Below, one piece after another: positions 37,214 to 46,851 of a stretch of DNA of 64,000 nt; within the stretch, counting starts at the first letter, position 1; each line of letters starts with the position of its first letter. The notes under the pieces were generated by a model that worked only from the letters and a program-made list of their open reading frames with translations, was not told the origin of the DNA and made no database searches. Source of the DNA: Deltaproteobacteria bacterium (GTDB lineage Bacteria > Myxococcota_A > Polyangia > Polyangiales > Houyiibacteriaceae); NCBI GenBank assembly GCA_034670305.1, contig JAXMNT010000021.1:32001-96000 (forward strand). The letters run 5' to 3'. The translations under genes were made by a program, and so were the position numbers.

Positions 37214-38071
37214 ATGCAACAACCTCCGCCGGGACCGCCCGGTTCGCCGGGCATGCAGCCGGGGTACGGACAACCTCAAGGCCAGGCTCAGGGCCAAGCT
37301 CAGGGCCAGGCGCCCGGCGCGATGCAAGGCGCGCCGCCGCCCGCCGCCGCACCTCAGGCGCCCGCGATGCAGCCCGTCCGCCACGAGATCACGCACGGAC
37401 CGTCGTTCGCGATGTTGCGGGTGGACCTGCAGCCAGGTCAGACCGTCGTGGCCGAAGCGGGTTCGATGGTCGCGCGCAACCAGCACGTCCAGATGGACGT
37501 GAAGATGAACGCGTCTCCGTCCGCCGGCTTCTTCGCGAAGGTCAAAGCGTTCTTCATCGCGGTGATCCGGAAGATCGTCGGCGGCGAGACCTTCTTCGTG
37601 AACCACTTCACCGCGCCGCAACCCGGCAGCGTGTGGATCGCCCCGACGCTCTCGGGCCAGCTCACCCACCGGGTGATGAACGGCGAGACGTTGACGCTCA
37701 GCACCGGCGCGTTCGTCGCGATGAACGGGCCGCTCGACATGAAGTTGAAGTTCGGCGGCTTCAAGAGTCTGCTCGCCAAAGAAGGCGCGTTCTTCTTACA
37801 GATCAGCGGGCACGGAGAACTCTGGTTCACGAGCTACGGCGGCATCCACGCCATCGACATCAACGGACCGTTCATGGTCGACAACGGCCACCTGGTCGGC
37901 TTCGAGGGCAACCTCGAGTTCAAGATCCGAAGCGCCGGCGGCGGCGTCATGGGGTTCGTCGCGTCCGGTGAAGGGCTCGTGTGCGAGTTCAACGGCCAGG
38001 GCCGGATCTACATCCAATCACGCAACGTCAGTTCGCTCGTCGGCTGGCTCACCCCCCTCTTGCCGGGCTGA
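37214..38071 (+). CDS. AIM24/TIGR00266 family protein with a Pro/Gln-rich N-terminus
   Basis: VVAEAGSMV, GGETFFVNHF, YGGIHAID, VDNGHLVGF, SGEGLVCEFNGQGRIYIQSRN. Confidence 0.9.
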   Translation: MQQPPPGPPGSPGMQPGYGQPQGQAQGQAQGQAPGAMQGAPPPAAAPQAPAMQPVRHEITHGPSFAMLRVDLQPGQTVVAEAGSMVARNQHVQMDVKMNASPSAGFFAKVKAFFIAVIRKIVGGETFFVNHFTAPQPGSVWIAPTLSGQLTHRVMNGETLTLSTGAFVAMNGPLDMKLKFGGFKSLLAKEGAFFLQISGHGELWFTSYGGIHAIDINGPFMVDNGHLVGFEGNLEFKIRSAGGGVMGFVASGEGLVCEFNGQGRIYIQSRNVSSLVGWLTPLLPG

Positions 38072-38081
38072 CGAGGACACG

Positions 38082-38759
38082 ATGCAGATCGAAGTTGGAT
38101 ACCGACCGGCCCAAGCCATGGCGCGCGTCGTCTTGGCCGCGGGCGAACAGATCAAAGCCGAGAGCGGCGCGATGGTGGGCATGAGCACCAACGTGCACAT
38201 GCAGACCGGCACCCAGGGCGGCGTGATGAGCGGCCTCAAACGTATGTTCGGCGGCGAGTCGTTCTTTCAGAACGTCTTCACTGCGCAGAACGGTCCCGGA
38301 GAGGTCTTGCTCGCGCACTCGCTTTGCGGCGACATCGTGCCGCTCGAGATGACGCAGGCGGGCTACTTCATTCAGTCGTCGAGCTACATCGCGAGCAACC
38401 CTTGGGTGACCTGCGAGACCAAACTCGGCGGCTTCAAGAGCTTCTTCGCGGGCGAAGGTGTGTTCGTCTTGAAGGCGACCTCGCAGCAGCCGGCGCAAGT
38501 GCTGGTCGGCGCGTTCGGCGGCATCCAGGAGCTGCACTGCGATGGGAACCTCGTCATCGACACCGGCCATCTCGTCGCGTGGGACGCGACGCTCGAATAC
38601 AAGGTCGGCAAGAGCGCGGACGGTTGGATCTCGTCGTTCTTCAGCGGCGAAGGACTCGTCTGCCACTTCACCGGCCAAGGCCGGATCTGGATCCAGACCC
38701 GCAACCCGCAAGAGTACGGCGGCATGATCGGCCGCATGCTCCCGCCGAGGCAGCAGTAG
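38082..38759 (+). CDS. AIM24/TIGR00266 family protein
   Basis: IKAESGAMV, GGESFFQNVF, IDTGHLVAW, SGEGLVCHFTGQGRIWIQTRN. Confidence 0.9.
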   Translation: MQIEVGYRPAQAMARVVLAAGEQIKAESGAMVGMSTNVHMQTGTQGGVMSGLKRMFGGESFFQNVFTAQNGPGEVLLAHSLCGDIVPLEMTQAGYFIQSSSYIASNPWVTCETKLGGFKSFFAGEGVFVLKATSQQPAQVLVGAFGGIQELHCDGNLVIDTGHLVAWDATLEYKVGKSADGWISSFFSGEGLVCHFTGQGRIWIQTRNPQEYGGMIGRMLPPRQQ

Positions 38760-38761
38760 TC

Positions 38762-39448
38762 ATGAGATACGAACTCCTCGACAAACCCGACTTCGGCATG
38801 GTCCGGGCGTACTTCGATCAGCCCGGCGAACAGATGATCGTCGAGTCCAGCGCCATGGTCGCGCGCGACACCGCGATCGAGATGAAGACCAGCATGCAGG
38901 GCGGGCTTCTCAGCGCTGCCAAACGCAAGCTGCTCGGCGGCGAGAGCCTCTTCCAGAACACCTTCACGTGCACCCAGCCGGGGCAGCAGCTCTGGCTCGC
39001 ACCGAACTCCGAGGGCGATCTCATCAACCTCGAGATGGACGGCTCGTACGAGGTGATGCTCAACAGCGGCGCGTACCTCGCGTCCGTGCCGACGGTCACG
39101 CTCGACACCAAGTGGGGCGGCGCGAAGGGCTTCTTCAGCGGCACCGGCTTCTTCTTGCTCAAGTGCCACGGACAAGGCCCGCTCTTCTTCTCCGCGTACG
39201 GCGGCATCCACGCGGTGGACGTCGGTCCCGCCGGCTACATCTGCGACACCTCGCACGTGGTGGGTTTCACGAGCGGACTGAACTACTCGGTGCAGAAGGT
39301 GGGCGGACTCAAGTCGCTCTTCTTCTCGGGCGAAGGCTTGGTCTGCAACTTCCAAGGCCAAGGCCGGCTCTGGATGAGCACCCGCAACGCGGGCGTGCTC
39401 GCGTCGTTCCTGCACCCCTACCGCCGAGTCCAACGCTCCCGAAGCTGA
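38762..39448 (+). CDS. AIM24/TIGR00266 family protein
   Basis: IVESSAMV, GGESLFQNTF, CDTSHVVGF, SGEGLVCNFQGQGRLWMSTRN. Confidence 0.9.
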   Translation: MRYELLDKPDFGMVRAYFDQPGEQMIVESSAMVARDTAIEMKTSMQGGLLSAAKRKLLGGESLFQNTFTCTQPGQQLWLAPNSEGDLINLEMDGSYEVMLNSGAYLASVPTVTLDTKWGGAKGFFSGTGFFLLKCHGQGPLFFSAYGGIHAVDVGPAGYICDTSHVVGFTSGLNYSVQKVGGLKSLFFSGEGLVCNFQGQGRLWMSTRNAGVLASFLHPYRRVQRSRS

Positions 39449-39479
39449 GGGGGATTCTCGGATGTGCTAGGGCAGCGCC

Positions 39480-41840
39480 ATGCATGTCCGTCCTACCGTG
39501 TCCGTTCGCGCCGCAGCCTGCTTGGGCTGCGCGCTCTTGCTCTGGGCAGCGGTGCCAGAACCCTCGCACGCCCAGGCGCCTGTCGCGGCGTCGGAGGACG
39601 CGGAGGGCGAGGTGGGACGCACCGGTGGGCTGACGCCACTCGCCCGCATTCTCGCAACCGGTGGGGTGGGCGGCGAGCTCGCGAACCCGATGTGTCGCGA
39701 CGGGCACACGCTCGACCCGGCCGAGATCGCGCACAACGATGTCTGGCGCCGGCATGCGGACCGAAGCGAGACGCTGCTGCTCGACACCGGCGGTCTGCTC
39801 GCCCGACACGGGGTCGCCCGGTTCGCCTCGCGCCGGGATCCCGAGGCGCTCGCGGATCTGGTGCGCGACCTCGGCTACGCGGCGCTCGGGTTCAGCGAGT
39901 CGGACCTCGGCGACCCGCGCGAACAGGTGCTGGCGCGGGTCCGTGCGCTTCGGGCGCGCGGGGTGCGTACCTTCGCGACCAACCTGCGGTGTGAGCCGAG
40001 CGCGCAGGCGCTGTGCGACGCGCTGGTCACCGGCGCGTCCGGTGTGCCGATGGTGGAACTCAGCGGGCAACGCATCGCGCTGCTCTCCTACATCGATCCG
40101 GCCGCGTCGGCGCGCGTCGGGCCCGACCGGATGCAGGGACTCCGGCTCGAACCGCTGGTCGGTTCCATGCGGGCCGGCGTGCGCGCGGCCCGCGCGGCCG
40201 GTGCGACGCTGGTGGTCGCGCTCGCCGACACCGGGTACGGGGCGTCGGGGGCGGCGTCCTTGATCGAAGCAGCCGGTCAACTCGAAGCCGCGGACAAACC
40301 GGACGTCGTGTTCGTGTCGGAGGCGGGCTCCGAGATTCTCTTCGCGCGCCCGGTCGGGTTCCGGCCCGCGATCGTGGCCGCGCCAACGCGCAGCGCGGTC
40401 GACGTGCGCATCCGCCGCAACGAAGCGGGCCGCCTCGACATCCTGGCGCAGCCTGCGGAAGCCGGAGAGCCGCCGCCAGCGTTCGAGCGTTTCGTGCGGC
40501 AGGTCGGTGCGGAGTACTGCGGGGAGCTGGGTGCGATCTTGCCGGGCGGGCACATCGACGCGGCCGAGCCCATGGACGCGGCGGGCATGGTGGCGCTGAC
40601 GGCCGGGGTCATGCGCGAGGTGACGGACGCCGATGTGGCGCTGCTCAACGTGCACGCCATCGACGCGCGCTGGCAGATGATCGGAGCCGACCTGACCGCG
40701 AGCGACGTGAACATCGCGGTGCAGTACGACGAGCCCTTGATGACAGTCGACGTGCCGGGCACGTGGCTGCGCAACCTCGCCCGCACCTCCCCGGAGAACC
40801 GGGGCCTGCAGAGCCTGGGTCTGGTGATCACCGGCGCGCTCACGAGCCTCGAGAAGATCAAGGTCAACGGGCGGGTGCTCGACGTCGACGCGACCTACCG
40901 AGTCGTGACGATCCGGTTCTTGGCGGAAGGCGGCGACGGGGGACTCGTTGGACAGGCGGCGGAGTGGGAGACCACCGAACACACCGTCCGGCAGGCGGTC
41001 CTCGATCACCTGGAGATCGAGCGCACCGAAGACCCGCGAGCGGCGCTGACCGACCTGGCCGAGCAACTCGAATGGACCTTCCGCGTGGGCACCGATCTCA
41101 CCTTCGCGGGCTCCGCGGTCCAGGATCCGGGCATGTACGCGGAGGGGCCGCTCCAGAACGCCAACCAGACCCAGTTCGGCCTCAACATCAACTTGGGGCT
41201 CAACGCGCTCTCCCGACAAGCGGCGTGGGAGAACACCGTGACCGCGACCTACACGCTCGCCGCGACCAGCGAGACCGAGGGCTTCGACGAAGGCGCGGAC
41301 ACCATCCTCTACCGAACCAACGCGCAATACCGAGGTCTGCGTGCGCGCCGAGACGAGCTCTACGTCCCGGACCTCATCGTCGAAGGGTTGCTGCGCACCG
41401 AGTTCACCCGGCAAGACGAACGCGAGACCCACTTCTTGAACCTTCGTTTCACCGCCGGGTTTCAGTGGCGACTTCACCTCAAGGTGAAGACGAAGCTCCT
41501 CGCCGGTTTCGAGATCCTCGACGCCATCGGCAACGACCGCTCGCTCGAGCCGGGCTTCGGCGCGCAGGTGAACATCGACCCGTGGCTTCTGCTGCGCGAG
41601 GGCCTTCGGAAGCTGACGCTCGGTCTGACACTCGACTACTTCGCGTCGGCCCCGCGCGGCCGCAACCGACACGTGCTGCAGGGGACCTTCGACCTCGATT
41701 TGAACCTCAACCGGTTCATCGGACTCGTCGCCAACGTCACCCTCTACGGGCTCCGCGAACGCGAGATGCCGTTCTCGTTCGCGCTGCAAACGACGATGGG
41801 CCTGCGCGTCTCCTTCGTCGGCCGACACGTCACGCGCTGA
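39480..41840 (+). CDS. Secreted 5'-nucleotidase-like protein (degenerate metallophosphoesterase plus C-domain) fused to a C-terminal beta-barrel
   Basis: Signal peptide; TLLLDTGG, LGYAALG, FATNL, ADVALLN, VNGRVLDVDATYRVVTIRFLAEGGDG (5'-NT C-domain); the last ~250 aa are alternating beta strands. Confidence 0.7.
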   Translation: MHVRPTVSVRAAACLGCALLLWAAVPEPSHAQAPVAASEDAEGEVGRTGGLTPLARILATGGVGGELANPMCRDGHTLDPAEIAHNDVWRRHADRSETLLLDTGGLLARHGVARFASRRDPEALADLVRDLGYAALGFSESDLGDPREQVLARVRALRARGVRTFATNLRCEPSAQALCDALVTGASGVPMVELSGQRIALLSYIDPAASARVGPDRMQGLRLEPLVGSMRAGVRAARAAGATLVVALADTGYGASGAASLIEAAGQLEAADKPDVVFVSEAGSEILFARPVGFRPAIVAAPTRSAVDVRIRRNEAGRLDILAQPAEAGEPPPAFERFVRQVGAEYCGELGAILPGGHIDAAEPMDAAGMVALTAGVMREVTDADVALLNVHAIDARWQMIGADLTASDVNIAVQYDEPLMTVDVPGTWLRNLARTSPENRGLQSLGLVITGALTSLEKIKVNGRVLDVDATYRVVTIRFLAEGGDGGLVGQAAEWETTEHTVRQAVLDHLEIERTEDPRAALTDLAEQLEWTFRVGTDLTFAGSAVQDPGMYAEGPLQNANQTQFGLNINLGLNALSRQAAWENTVTATYTLAATSETEGFDEGADTILYRTNAQYRGLRARRDELYVPDLIVEGLLRTEFTRQDERETHFLNLRFTAGFQWRLHLKVKTKLLAGFEILDAIGNDRSLEPGFGAQVNIDPWLLLREGLRKLTLGLTLDYFASAPRGRNRHVLQGTFDLDLNLNRFIGLVANVTLYGLREREMPFSFALQTTMGLRVSFVGRHVTR

Positions 41841-42190
41841 TTTCTTGCCGTCACGGGCCTGGGCTCGCTTCGCGAGACTGGCGGCCCTAAGTCGCGCCCC
41901 GTCGCACCTGCACGTGCTCGCCGCCTCTGCCTTGATGGAATGAAGAATCATCTGGGGTGATTGGCGGCTGCGCGGCGTGCAGGCGCTCCTCAAGGGCGCT
42001 CAGTGTTCACCTGGGGAGTGCACCAGTTGCTCGCCCTACGGGCTGCGCAGGTGCACGAGCGGAGAGCTTTCTTCTTTCTTGCCGTCACGGGCCTGGCTCG
42101 CTTCGCGAGACCCCGTCCCGGTGACACGGCTTGCTCGCTTCGCTCGGCTTCACCGCGTCGGTGCACGCGCTGGCGGCCTCCTCGGGTGAA
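41841..42190. repeat. Structured intergenic region with two ~38-bp direct repeats and several hairpins (REP-like)
   Basis: TTTCTTGCCGTCACGGGCCTGG(G)CTCGCTTCGCGAGAC at 41841-41878 and 42075-42111; hairpins CTCGC-TTC-GCGAG, GTGCACC...GGTGCAC, CCTGCACG...CGTGCAGG. Confidence 0.7.
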
Positions 42191-42214
42191 ACGAAACGCG
42201 ATAGTCTCGCGGCC

Positions 42215-43528
42215 ATGTTCGATGCAGAGAAGTACCGCGCGCGGATCGCCGCCTTGGCAACGCTCGATCCAACACACCAGATCTTTGGTGCGATGAATCA
42301 TCATTGGAGCTTTCAGCCGACGCTCTCCGAGCTGGAGGTGCAGCGGTTCGAAGGACTCATCGGGGCCGACCTGCCCGCCGACTACCGCGCCTACCTCACC
42401 CAGCTCGGCAACGGCGGCGCCGGTCCGTACTACGGCATCGGTCCGCTCGCGGAGTGGGAGGTCGAGGGGCTTGCGAGTGTCACGGTCACCGCCACGATGA
42501 CGACCAAGGACGGCGAAACGAAAAGTTTCACGTCCGGCACGGGTGCGCGCCCGCCGCTCTCTCGAAGTTCGAAGACCTCCGAGAAGTTCGTGCTCACCTC
42601 GCCCTGGAAGGTCGGCGACGCGATCCCCGAGGGCGCGAACCCCTTCGATGGCTGTGTGCACCTGGCGCAGATCGGGTGCGGCTACGAAGCGTTCCTGGTC
42701 GTGAAGGGCGAGGCCGCCGGGACCGTCTGGGAGGATTACACCGCGGGGGATGGCGCCATCGCCAAGGTGGCGGATTCGTTCGGCGCGTGGCTCACGAAGT
42801 TCGCGGACATCGAGCTCGCCAAACTGGTCTTCCAGCGCATGGAGAGCGGTCTGCTCGAGTCTCCGTTTCAACCCGACCCGGCCCTCGTCGAACACGCGGA
42901 CGTGTTCGGGGCGCTCTTCGACGAAGCGGATCCCATCTCGCTCCTCGAGCGCGCACTCTGCGCGGCCTACCTGGGCGAGGAGTCGAAGGCGCTCGAGGCC
43001 GCCGACGCGGTGGAGGTCGCGATCGATCTCGCCGCGAAACCATTTGTCGCGACAACCCTCGGGGCGGTGCACCTGCGGCTCGGCAACGCCGCGAAGGCGC
43101 GGGCGCTGACCGAAGCGCGGCTCGCCGCCGAGGGCCTCGCCTTTCAGACCCGCGGTGGGCTCACGCTCGCGCGTGCCCTCGCGGTGATGGCGATGGGCGA
43201 GGACGCCTCGGAGGCGTGGGCGGCGGCGCGCGAGGCCAAACCGTTCGAACTGAGCCTGCGGGTCTGGCTGGCGTTCTCGCATCTGTCGGCCGACCGCGTC
43301 GAAGAGGGCGATCTCATCGCACGCGAAGCGGCCCACGAGGTGCGGCTCTTCGATCGCGGCCAGACGCTGGAAGGCAACGCGCTCAAACGCGCGGTCTACG
43401 AACGGTTGGCCGACCGCTGCGACCCGGCGAAACTCACCGATCACGCGGCGCGCTATCGGAAGATGGCGGCGGAGTTGCCCACCGGTCCCTCGGGCTGGGG
43501 CAACCCGGGCAACACCAAATCTTGGTAG
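42215..43528 (+). CDS. SMI1/KNR4 (SUKH) family protein with a helical TPR-like C-terminus
   Basis: IFGAMNHHW...LSELEVQRFEGLIGADLPADYRAYLTQLGNGGAGPYYGI; GCG...LVV.G...GTVW; TAGTCT 7 nt upstream. Confidence 0.85.
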   Translation: MFDAEKYRARIAALATLDPTHQIFGAMNHHWSFQPTLSELEVQRFEGLIGADLPADYRAYLTQLGNGGAGPYYGIGPLAEWEVEGLASVTVTATMTTKDGETKSFTSGTGARPPLSRSSKTSEKFVLTSPWKVGDAIPEGANPFDGCVHLAQIGCGYEAFLVVKGEAAGTVWEDYTAGDGAIAKVADSFGAWLTKFADIELAKLVFQRMESGLLESPFQPDPALVEHADVFGALFDEADPISLLERALCAAYLGEESKALEAADAVEVAIDLAAKPFVATTLGAVHLRLGNAAKARALTEARLAAEGLAFQTRGGLTLARALAVMAMGEDASEAWAAAREAKPFELSLRVWLAFSHLSADRVEEGDLIAREAAHEVRLFDRGQTLEGNALKRAVYERLADRCDPAKLTDHAARYRKMAAELPTGPSGWGNPGNTKSW

Positions 43529-43590
43529 GGGAAAAGGCGCTGGCAAGGACCCACCCGTTCCACCGCCGCGGCATGGTGTAGCCTGCCGCG

Positions 43591-44484
43591 ATGGCCGACC
43601 GTCCCATTCTGTTCACGCCCCCGAAGAGCCCTTACCTCGTGCCGTTCAACGGACGGTGGAAGGTCGACAAAGCCGACACCGCACCGCCCAAAGATCGGGA
43701 CGGCAAGAAGGCGAAGAAGAAGCACAAGAAGGCGCTGGCCGAAGAGGTCGGCAAACTCGCGGAGCTTCAGCGCAGACTCTACGCCGCGGACCGGCACAGC
43801 GTGCTCTTCGTCTTCCAGGCGATGGATGCCGCGGGCAAAGACGGCACGATTCGCGCGGTGCTCAGTGGGGTGAACCCGGCCGGCGTGCAGGTCTCGTCGT
43901 TCAAGAAGCCGTCCGACGAAGAGATCGATCACGACTTCCTCTGGCGGACCACCCGCGCGCTGCCCGAACGTGGGCGCATCGGGATCTTCAACCGCAGCCA
44001 CTACGAAGAAGTGCTCATCGTGCGTGTGCATCCGGGCATCCTGACCGGGCAGCGGCTCCCCAAGGTCGGCAAGTCGGTGTGGCGCGAGCGGTTCGAGTCC
44101 ATTCGCAACTACGAGCAGCACCTCGCGCGCAACGGCACCGCGGTGGTGAAGTTCTTCTTGAACGTGTCCAAGGACGAACAGCGCGATCGGCTGGTCGCGC
44201 GGATCGACGACGAGACGAAGAACTGGAAGTTCGAGGCGGGCGATCTCGTGACGCGCGCCAACTGGGCGAAGTACATGGGGGCCTACCAGAGCGCCATCAA
44301 CGCGACCTCTCGTCCGTGGGCGCCGTGGTACGCGATCCCGGCCGACGACAAGCCGTTCATGCGGGCGACCGTGGCGTCCATCATGCGCCGCACCCTCGAG
44401 GGTTTGAAGCCCAAGTATCCGTCGCTGGACGAAGCACAGACCGCCGCGCTGGCCGGACACCGAGAGGCGCTGCTCTCCGAGTAG
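43591..44484 (+). CDS. ppk2: Polyphosphate kinase 2 family protein
   Basis: Walker A FQAMDAAGKDGTI, SFKKPS...HDFLWR, IFNRSHYEEVL, KFFLNVSKDEQ, KNWKF, APWYAIPADDK. Confidence 0.93.
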   Translation: MADRPILFTPPKSPYLVPFNGRWKVDKADTAPPKDRDGKKAKKKHKKALAEEVGKLAELQRRLYAADRHSVLFVFQAMDAAGKDGTIRAVLSGVNPAGVQVSSFKKPSDEEIDHDFLWRTTRALPERGRIGIFNRSHYEEVLIVRVHPGILTGQRLPKVGKSVWRERFESIRNYEQHLARNGTAVVKFFLNVSKDEQRDRLVARIDDETKNWKFEAGDLVTRANWAKYMGAYQSAINATSRPWAPWYAIPADDKPFMRATVASIMRRTLEGLKPKYPSLDEAQTAALAGHREALLSE

Positions 44485-44499
44485 CTCGGCGCTGCGCGC

Positions 44500-45183
44500 C
44501 TACTCGGTGAAGCCCGAACGGGTGAGCTGGAGGCTGCAGCGGCCGCAGCTGAAGGTGATCTGTTCCGGCCGCGCCGAACCGTAGGTGGCGCCAGAGCAGC
44601 TGCGCTCGATGCCCTTGTTGTTCAGCCGGAACCCCGCGTCCAGCGTCAGGGACCCGTCGGGCGCCACGGTGGCGTCGCCGAGGATCGTGTACGAGCGGGT
44701 CGAGGTGGAGAACCGCACCCGGCACGCGCCGATGTTGGAGATGGTGGTGTCGGCCAGGTAACAGACCGCGTCGGGACAACCGGCCGTGTCGCAGACGGAC
44801 CAGTCACCAGCGAGGTTCGGACAGATGGGGGCGGGCCCGGTGTCGGTGCCCGCATCCGGACCCCCGTCCATGCCTTCGATTGTGGAGCCGGTGTCGACGC
44901 CGGTGTCGGTTGCGCCGGCATCCGACGGACCCGAGTCGACCGTGACCGCGCCATCCGGCTCGTTGCGCGCATCTTCCGCGTCGCCCGCGTCCACTGCGCC
45001 CGCGTCTTCTTCGCTGGGCGCATCTTCTCCAGCGGCGTCCACCAACCTGCGTTCGACGCAGAACCCGTTGAGACAGCGCTCGTCGGAGGCGCACTCGGAG
45101 GAGGTCGCGCAGGTATCGGCGGATTCCTCCGGCGAACACGCAACAAGGGCGGAGAAGAGCACAAGACAGGCAAGACGCGACAT
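44500..45183 (-). CDS. Cys-rich lipoprotein
   Basis: Lipobox LVAC; CxxxxECxxxERCxxGFC module; DAG-rich linker; TACACT 8 nt upstream. Confidence 0.75.
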   Translation of the reverse strand: MSRLACLVLFSALVACSPEESADTCATSSECASDERCLNGFCVERRLVDAAGEDAPSEEDAGAVDAGDAEDARNEPDGAVTVDSGPSDAGATDTGVDTGSTIEGMDGGPDAGTDTGPAPICPNLAGDWSVCDTAGCPDAVCYLADTTISNIGACRVRFSTSTRSYTILGDATVAPDGSLTLDAGFRLNNKGIERSCSGATYGSARPEQITFSCGRCSLQLTRSGFTE

Positions 45184-45368
45184 GGTGGCCGAGTGTAGCA
45201 GCGCGAACGCGATTCGCGTCCAGACACGGTTGGCGTGGGGTGGCGGCTCGGGTGGCCAGCGTCCCAGCCCGACTGGCCAGTGCGAACTCCACCTCGTTCC
45301 GGAATCATTGGCTTTTCCACCGGCGACATCGTGACTGTTAAGGCACGTTTGATGCTTCTAGGGACCGC

Positions 45369-45890
45369 ATGGACGACGATCAGCTCGATGTGTTCCCAGA
45401 GTTCGTGCCCACCGCGCCGGTCGCTGCCGCCCTGCTGCTCGGACACGACGACGAAGCACCGACGATGCGGTTCGATCGCCGCGAGGTCCTCGAGGAGCTC
45501 CGCCGCCAGGACGAAGCCGCGCTCAAGGCGCAGCTCGGTGCGGACGATCCGCTCGGGTTCCGTGAGTGCCAGACCCTCGACACCTTCCGCGACCTCGTCG
45601 GTCGCAGCCGCCGCACCCAGAGTCAGACCCCGACGCTGCCCGCGCCGCCGCCGCTGCCCGCCGCGTCCGCCCGTTTGACCGACGCCGCGCCGCTCCGCTT
45701 GGTCCGGCGCAAGTCGAGCTGGATGGACAAGCTGCCTTCGGGGACCCGTGCGGTGCTCGAGGACGCGGCATCGCTCACGCCGAGCTGGCCGCTGCAGGCC
45801 CGCGTGGTGGGCGCCGTCGCGATCCCGAAACAGCGCATTCCTTCGCTCCGCTCCGTGGCGCGGCCTTCGCTCCACGCCAGCACGCCCTGA
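45369..45890 (+). CDS. Hypothetical protein
   Basis: Fills the gap before aguA on the same strand; plausible codon usage; no recognisable motif. Confidence 0.45.
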   Translation: MDDDQLDVFPEFVPTAPVAAALLLGHDDEAPTMRFDRREVLEELRRQDEAALKAQLGADDPLGFRECQTLDTFRDLVGRSRRTQSQTPTLPAPPPLPAASARLTDAAPLRLVRRKSSWMDKLPSGTRAVLEDAASLTPSWPLQARVVGAVAIPKQRIPSLRSVARPSLHASTP

Positions 45891-45903
45891 TCTGAGGTCT
45901 GCG

Positions 45904-46833
45904 ATGATCCCCGCCGAGTGGGCGCCGCATCGGGCGACGTGGCTGGCCTGGCCGTACCGGGACGACGAGTGGACCGATCTGTCGGCCGCCCAGGATGAGA
46001 TCCGGACCTTCATCGAAGCCATCGCTGAGACCGAACGGGTCGACCTGCTCGTGCATCCCTCGCTCGACGAACCGCCGACGTTCGAGGGCAACGTCTCGAT
46101 CCACCGCCTCGCGTACGGCGACGCCTGGACCCGCGACACCTTTCCGATCTTCACATCGGACGGCCGCGCGGTGGTGTTCGGGTTCGACGGCTGGGGTGGC
46201 AAGTACCGCATGCCCGGCGACGAAGATCTCTCCGCGCGCATCGCGGCGCACTGCGGAGTGGACGCGGTGGCGTCGGACCTCGTGCTCGAAGGGGGCGCGC
46301 TCGAGTTCGATGGCGCCGGCAACGTGCTGACCACCCGCGCGTGTGTGGCACTGCGCAACCCGTCGAAGGGCGACGCGGCGTTCAAGGATCTCGCGCGGGT
46401 GCTTCAGTGCGAGGTGTGGGCCATCGACGGCACGCTCCAGAACGACCACACGGACGGGCACATCGACACGCTCGCCCGGTTCGTGGAACCCGGACGGGTC
46501 TTGTGCATGCATGGGCGCACCGGCGATCCGAACCGCGACGCGATGCGCTCGATCGCCAAGCAGTTGGCGCGGCTCGGCCTGCACGTGGATCTCGTGCCCT
46601 CGCCTGGAGAGGTGCGCACCGCGGACGGAACACTGCTTCCCGCGAGCTACTGCAACTACTACCTCGCCAACGGCGCGGTCCTCGTGCCGACCTACGGCGT
46701 GCCGAACGACGCCGAAGCGGTCGAGACGATCGGCGCACTCTTTCCGGACCGCCGCGCCCAGGCCGTCCCTTCGCGCGCCATCCTCGAAGGCGGCGGCGCG
46801 CTGCACTGCATCACCCAGCAGCACCCCGCGTAA
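45904..46833 (+). CDS. aguA: Agmatine deiminase / Porphyromonas-type peptidylarginine deiminase
   Basis: IPAEWAPH, DAWTRD, WGGKY, LEGGALEFDG, DHTDGHID, ASYCNYY, GGGALHCITQQ. Confidence 0.92.
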   Translation: MIPAEWAPHRATWLAWPYRDDEWTDLSAAQDEIRTFIEAIAETERVDLLVHPSLDEPPTFEGNVSIHRLAYGDAWTRDTFPIFTSDGRAVVFGFDGWGGKYRMPGDEDLSARIAAHCGVDAVASDLVLEGGALEFDGAGNVLTTRACVALRNPSKGDAAFKDLARVLQCEVWAIDGTLQNDHTDGHIDTLARFVEPGRVLCMHGRTGDPNRDAMRSIAKQLARLGLHVDLVPSPGEVRTADGTLLPASYCNYYLANGAVLVPTYGVPNDAEAVETIGALFPDRRAQAVPSRAILEGGGALHCITQQHPA

Positions 46834-46851
46834 GCCCGCGCGCTCGGAAGT

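Noticed and set aside
41841-42111. Mini-CRISPR from the two 37-38-bp direct repeats
   Set aside because: Only two copies, and the 196-bp spacing is far longer than a spacer; no cas genes.
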